Shown here one piece after another: positions 62,352-64,000 of a stretch of DNA of 64,000 nucleotides (its first letter is position 1; every line of letters starts with the position of its first letter). The notes beneath the pieces are model-generated. The model made no database searches, was not told the DNA's origin, and saw only the letters and a program-made list of their open reading frames with translations. Location: sequence record LR535910.1, one strand, 5' to 3'. A program made the position numbers and the translations under genes.

Positions 62352-62679
62352 AAAACGGAATTTGCCAAAGCTGGATATAACGGTTAAGTCGGGGCTGAAA
62401 TATTTGGCACCCGACTGGGACTTTCTGATGGACTACAAGAAGTCTGACAAAGGCCCCGACGCAGAAGCTGCGTATACCAAACGCTACCTGCAGAAGCTTA
62501 GTCGGTTGTTTGATGAAGACACTGATAAGTTGATAGAGATTCTCCGCCAGGGCGAGGTCGTACTAATGTGCTATTGCCCACCGGGGAAATTCTGTCATCG
62601 CCACTTGCTAGTTTCTTACCTTATTGAAATCGGTGAGTGGTTCGGTTATGAAGTAATTTACATGGGCGAGTTATCGTAA
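62296..62679 (+). CDS. DUF488-like protein
   Basis: 127 aa; YLAPDWDFL, YTKRYLQKL, VVLMCYCPPGKFCHRHLL; overlaps previous gene by 56 nt. Confidence 0.72.
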   Translation: MPKQVKLWTLQLAKWRIAEKRNLPKLDITVKSGLKYLAPDWDFLMDYKKSDKGPDAEAAYTKRYLQKLSRLFDEDTDKLIEILRQGEVVLMCYCPPGKFCHRHLLVSYLIEIGEWFGYEVIYMGELS

Positions 62680-62691
62680 GGAGTATTGAAA

Positions 62692-62831
62692 ATGTATTTA
62701 ATTGCTACTGGCCATCACCCACGAACGTTTAGCAGTTTCAGATTACACCGTGAAGCAGGACGGGAACACTTTCACTCTCGAGTTTACAGGGAATAAAGAA
62801 ATGGCAGCTGGATTATTAGAATAACCGTGAA
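62692..62831 (+). pseudogene. Possible frameshifted small gene or 34-aa peptide
   Basis: TAAGGAG RBS and ATG 62692 give 34 aa (stop 62796); the +1 frame reads LLAITHERLAVSDYTVKQDGNTFTLEFTGNKEMAAGLLE, which looks more protein-like. Confidence 0.3.
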
Positions 62832-62870
62832 TTTCCTTTGCACCGCACCCTAACTTTTTAAGGAGTCCTC

Positions 62871-63266
62871 GTGAAATTGATTATGCCTAAAACCGTTCCT
62901 AATCAGGATATGGTTACGACTACACTGTTTTCTGAATCATTACGTAACTCTGTACGTCAGACCGCTTCACGTCTAGACGTAGCGGTTGAAGAACTCGACC
63001 CAGGGGTTTTCATGAAGTATGCGTTTATTGCAGAAGGTTACGCGATCGCCCTGAGTTATGCGCGGTATGTCGATGACGTGACAGAAGCTAAACGTTATTT
63101 AGAAGGCTGTTGTCAAGTTTTCCGTGAAGAAATCACCGAGATGGAGATGGTTGACCGCGGCTTACCTGAATTTGTAAAGGTGGGTTACGATAAGCTGTTG
63201 CAATCCATCGCGGATGAAATCGGACGTCGCGGGTTAACTGTAGTGCACAGCGCTACACTGCACTAA
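62871..63266 (+). CDS. Hypothetical protein
   Basis: 131 aa; TAAGGAG RBS, GTG start. Confidence 0.8.
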   Translation: MKLIMPKTVPNQDMVTTTLFSESLRNSVRQTASRLDVAVEELDPGVFMKYAFIAEGYAIALSYARYVDDVTEAKRYLEGCCQVFREEITEMEMVDRGLPEFVKVGYDKLLQSIADEIGRRGLTVVHSATLH

Positions 63267-63280
63267 CACCGTACGAGTAG

Positions 63281-63320
63281 GCTACCACACGATCATATGT
63301 GTGGTAGCTTATTTTTTTGT
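63281..63320 (+). terminator. Intrinsic terminator whose loop overlaps a TATG
   Basis: GCTACCACAC-GATCATAT-GTGTGGTAGC plus T-tract; TATG 63296-99. Confidence 0.75.
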
Positions 63321-63334
63321 TTCTGGAGGCGTTA

Positions 63335-63868
63335 ATGGCAGACCGCTATCAGCCCGACCTAACACTCTCGTCGAAAGCGCTTGTCGTGGCGTTGATTAAT
63401 CACGATAACGGCTTGTCATTATCGCCTGACGAGATTGTGATAAGCGGGGTAGGGCCTATCGACTTAGGTGTTGAAAGTGCCCGTACCACGCAAGCGTACA
63501 TTGCAAAAGCACGTAAACCTAACGGTAAGAAGATTACCGTCTATTACGACCGTCTAGCTGCTAATAAGATTATCGACCCGCAAGGACCGATACTGGTTAC
63601 TGTAGCTCCCGGCGACACCTATGCTGATTTAGCGACAGTTGTAAACCAGTTGTGCGGTTTAAACTTGTCACGTGAGGACATCTCGACAGGGGTTATTACA
63701 CCAACAAACGAGCCGTTGATTGCACCGATGAGTGACGATTCACCGGCTTGGACGGCTACCTTTACATTCACGGCGTTTAATGAAAAAGAAGCTGTGGCAA
63801 GTCTGGATGAAGAAACTGTTTTATGCATCGGTGATGATGCAGTGTTAACCTACGGAGACGATGCATAA
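63335..63868 (+). CDS. Virion structural protein, baseplate/tail-fibre attachment-type domain
   Basis: 177 aa from ATG 63335 with GGAGG RBS; DLTLSSKALVVALINHDN, ITVYYDRL and GLNLSREDI are shared with 41413 and 46241 proteins. Confidence 0.7.
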   Translation: MADRYQPDLTLSSKALVVALINHDNGLSLSPDEIVISGVGPIDLGVESARTTQAYIAKARKPNGKKITVYYDRLAANKIIDPQGPILVTVAPGDTYADLATVVNQLCGLNLSREDISTGVITPTNEPLIAPMSDDSPAWTATFTFTAFNEKEAVASLDEETVLCIGDDAVLTYGDDA

Positions 63869-64000
63869 TGGCAACTGTAGTCAAAAAGAAACGTTTGCAT
63901 GAACTCGATTCTTACAACGGTGATAAGTCGAGCGCGGTAGCGCTTATCAGCGTTGATGAAAAGGAGTACAAACTTCCTCTCAGTGAAATCGGCGGTGGTG
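63868..64000 (+). CDS. Partial CDS, probably tail-fibre related (runs off the right edge)
   Basis: MATVVKKKRLHELDSYNGDKSSAVALISVDEKEYKLPLSEIGGG; TAATG coupling. Confidence 0.65.
   Translation, partial: MATVVKKKRLHELDSYNGDKSSAVALISVDEKEYKLPLSEIGGG

Noticed and set aside
1-64000. Stop-codon reassignment, inteins or introns in helicase, RNAP, polymerase or portal
   Set aside because: Genes are intact in the standard code, TAA, TAG and TGA all end real genes, and I saw no intein or homing-endonuclease motifs or unexplained length

Overview
A 64 kb segment of a phiKZ-related jumbo phage genome (Chimalliviridae-like). Gene order and protein sizes match what I recall of the Salmonella phage SPN3US group; all SPN3US/phiKZ gene numbers below are recalled synteny and need BLASTP confirmation. 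Positions 1-43.5 kb are the conserved core: the exonuclease half of a split family-B DNA polymerase (partial, not in the ORF track), inner-head/ejection proteins with AxE maturation sites, baseplate/neck proteins, DHFR, DnaB helicase, major capsid protein, a non-virion RNAP beta-N subunit, portal and a RuvC-like resolvase. Small early-gene islands interrupt this core. Positions 44-64 kb are accessory genes rich in modification-type enzymes: five GNAT-fold genes (about eight GNAT domains), three of them flanking a Dam methylase; a QueC-like PP-loop protein overlapping a DUF488-like gene; SLOG/DprA-like and TYW3-like proteins; thymidylate kinase; an HTH regulator; a third inner-head paralog; and a probably dead prohead-protease paralog. 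The non-coding DNA shows a 25-bp early promoter (6 copies), a TTAC-N15-TRTG promoter-like motif (about 10 copies), an identical 27-nt leader, UUCG terminators, an iteron-like array, a structured 400-bp intergenic locus, and interlocked ribosome-binding sites at three divergent junctions. I saw no tRNA, rRNA, CRISPR array, intein or transposase.
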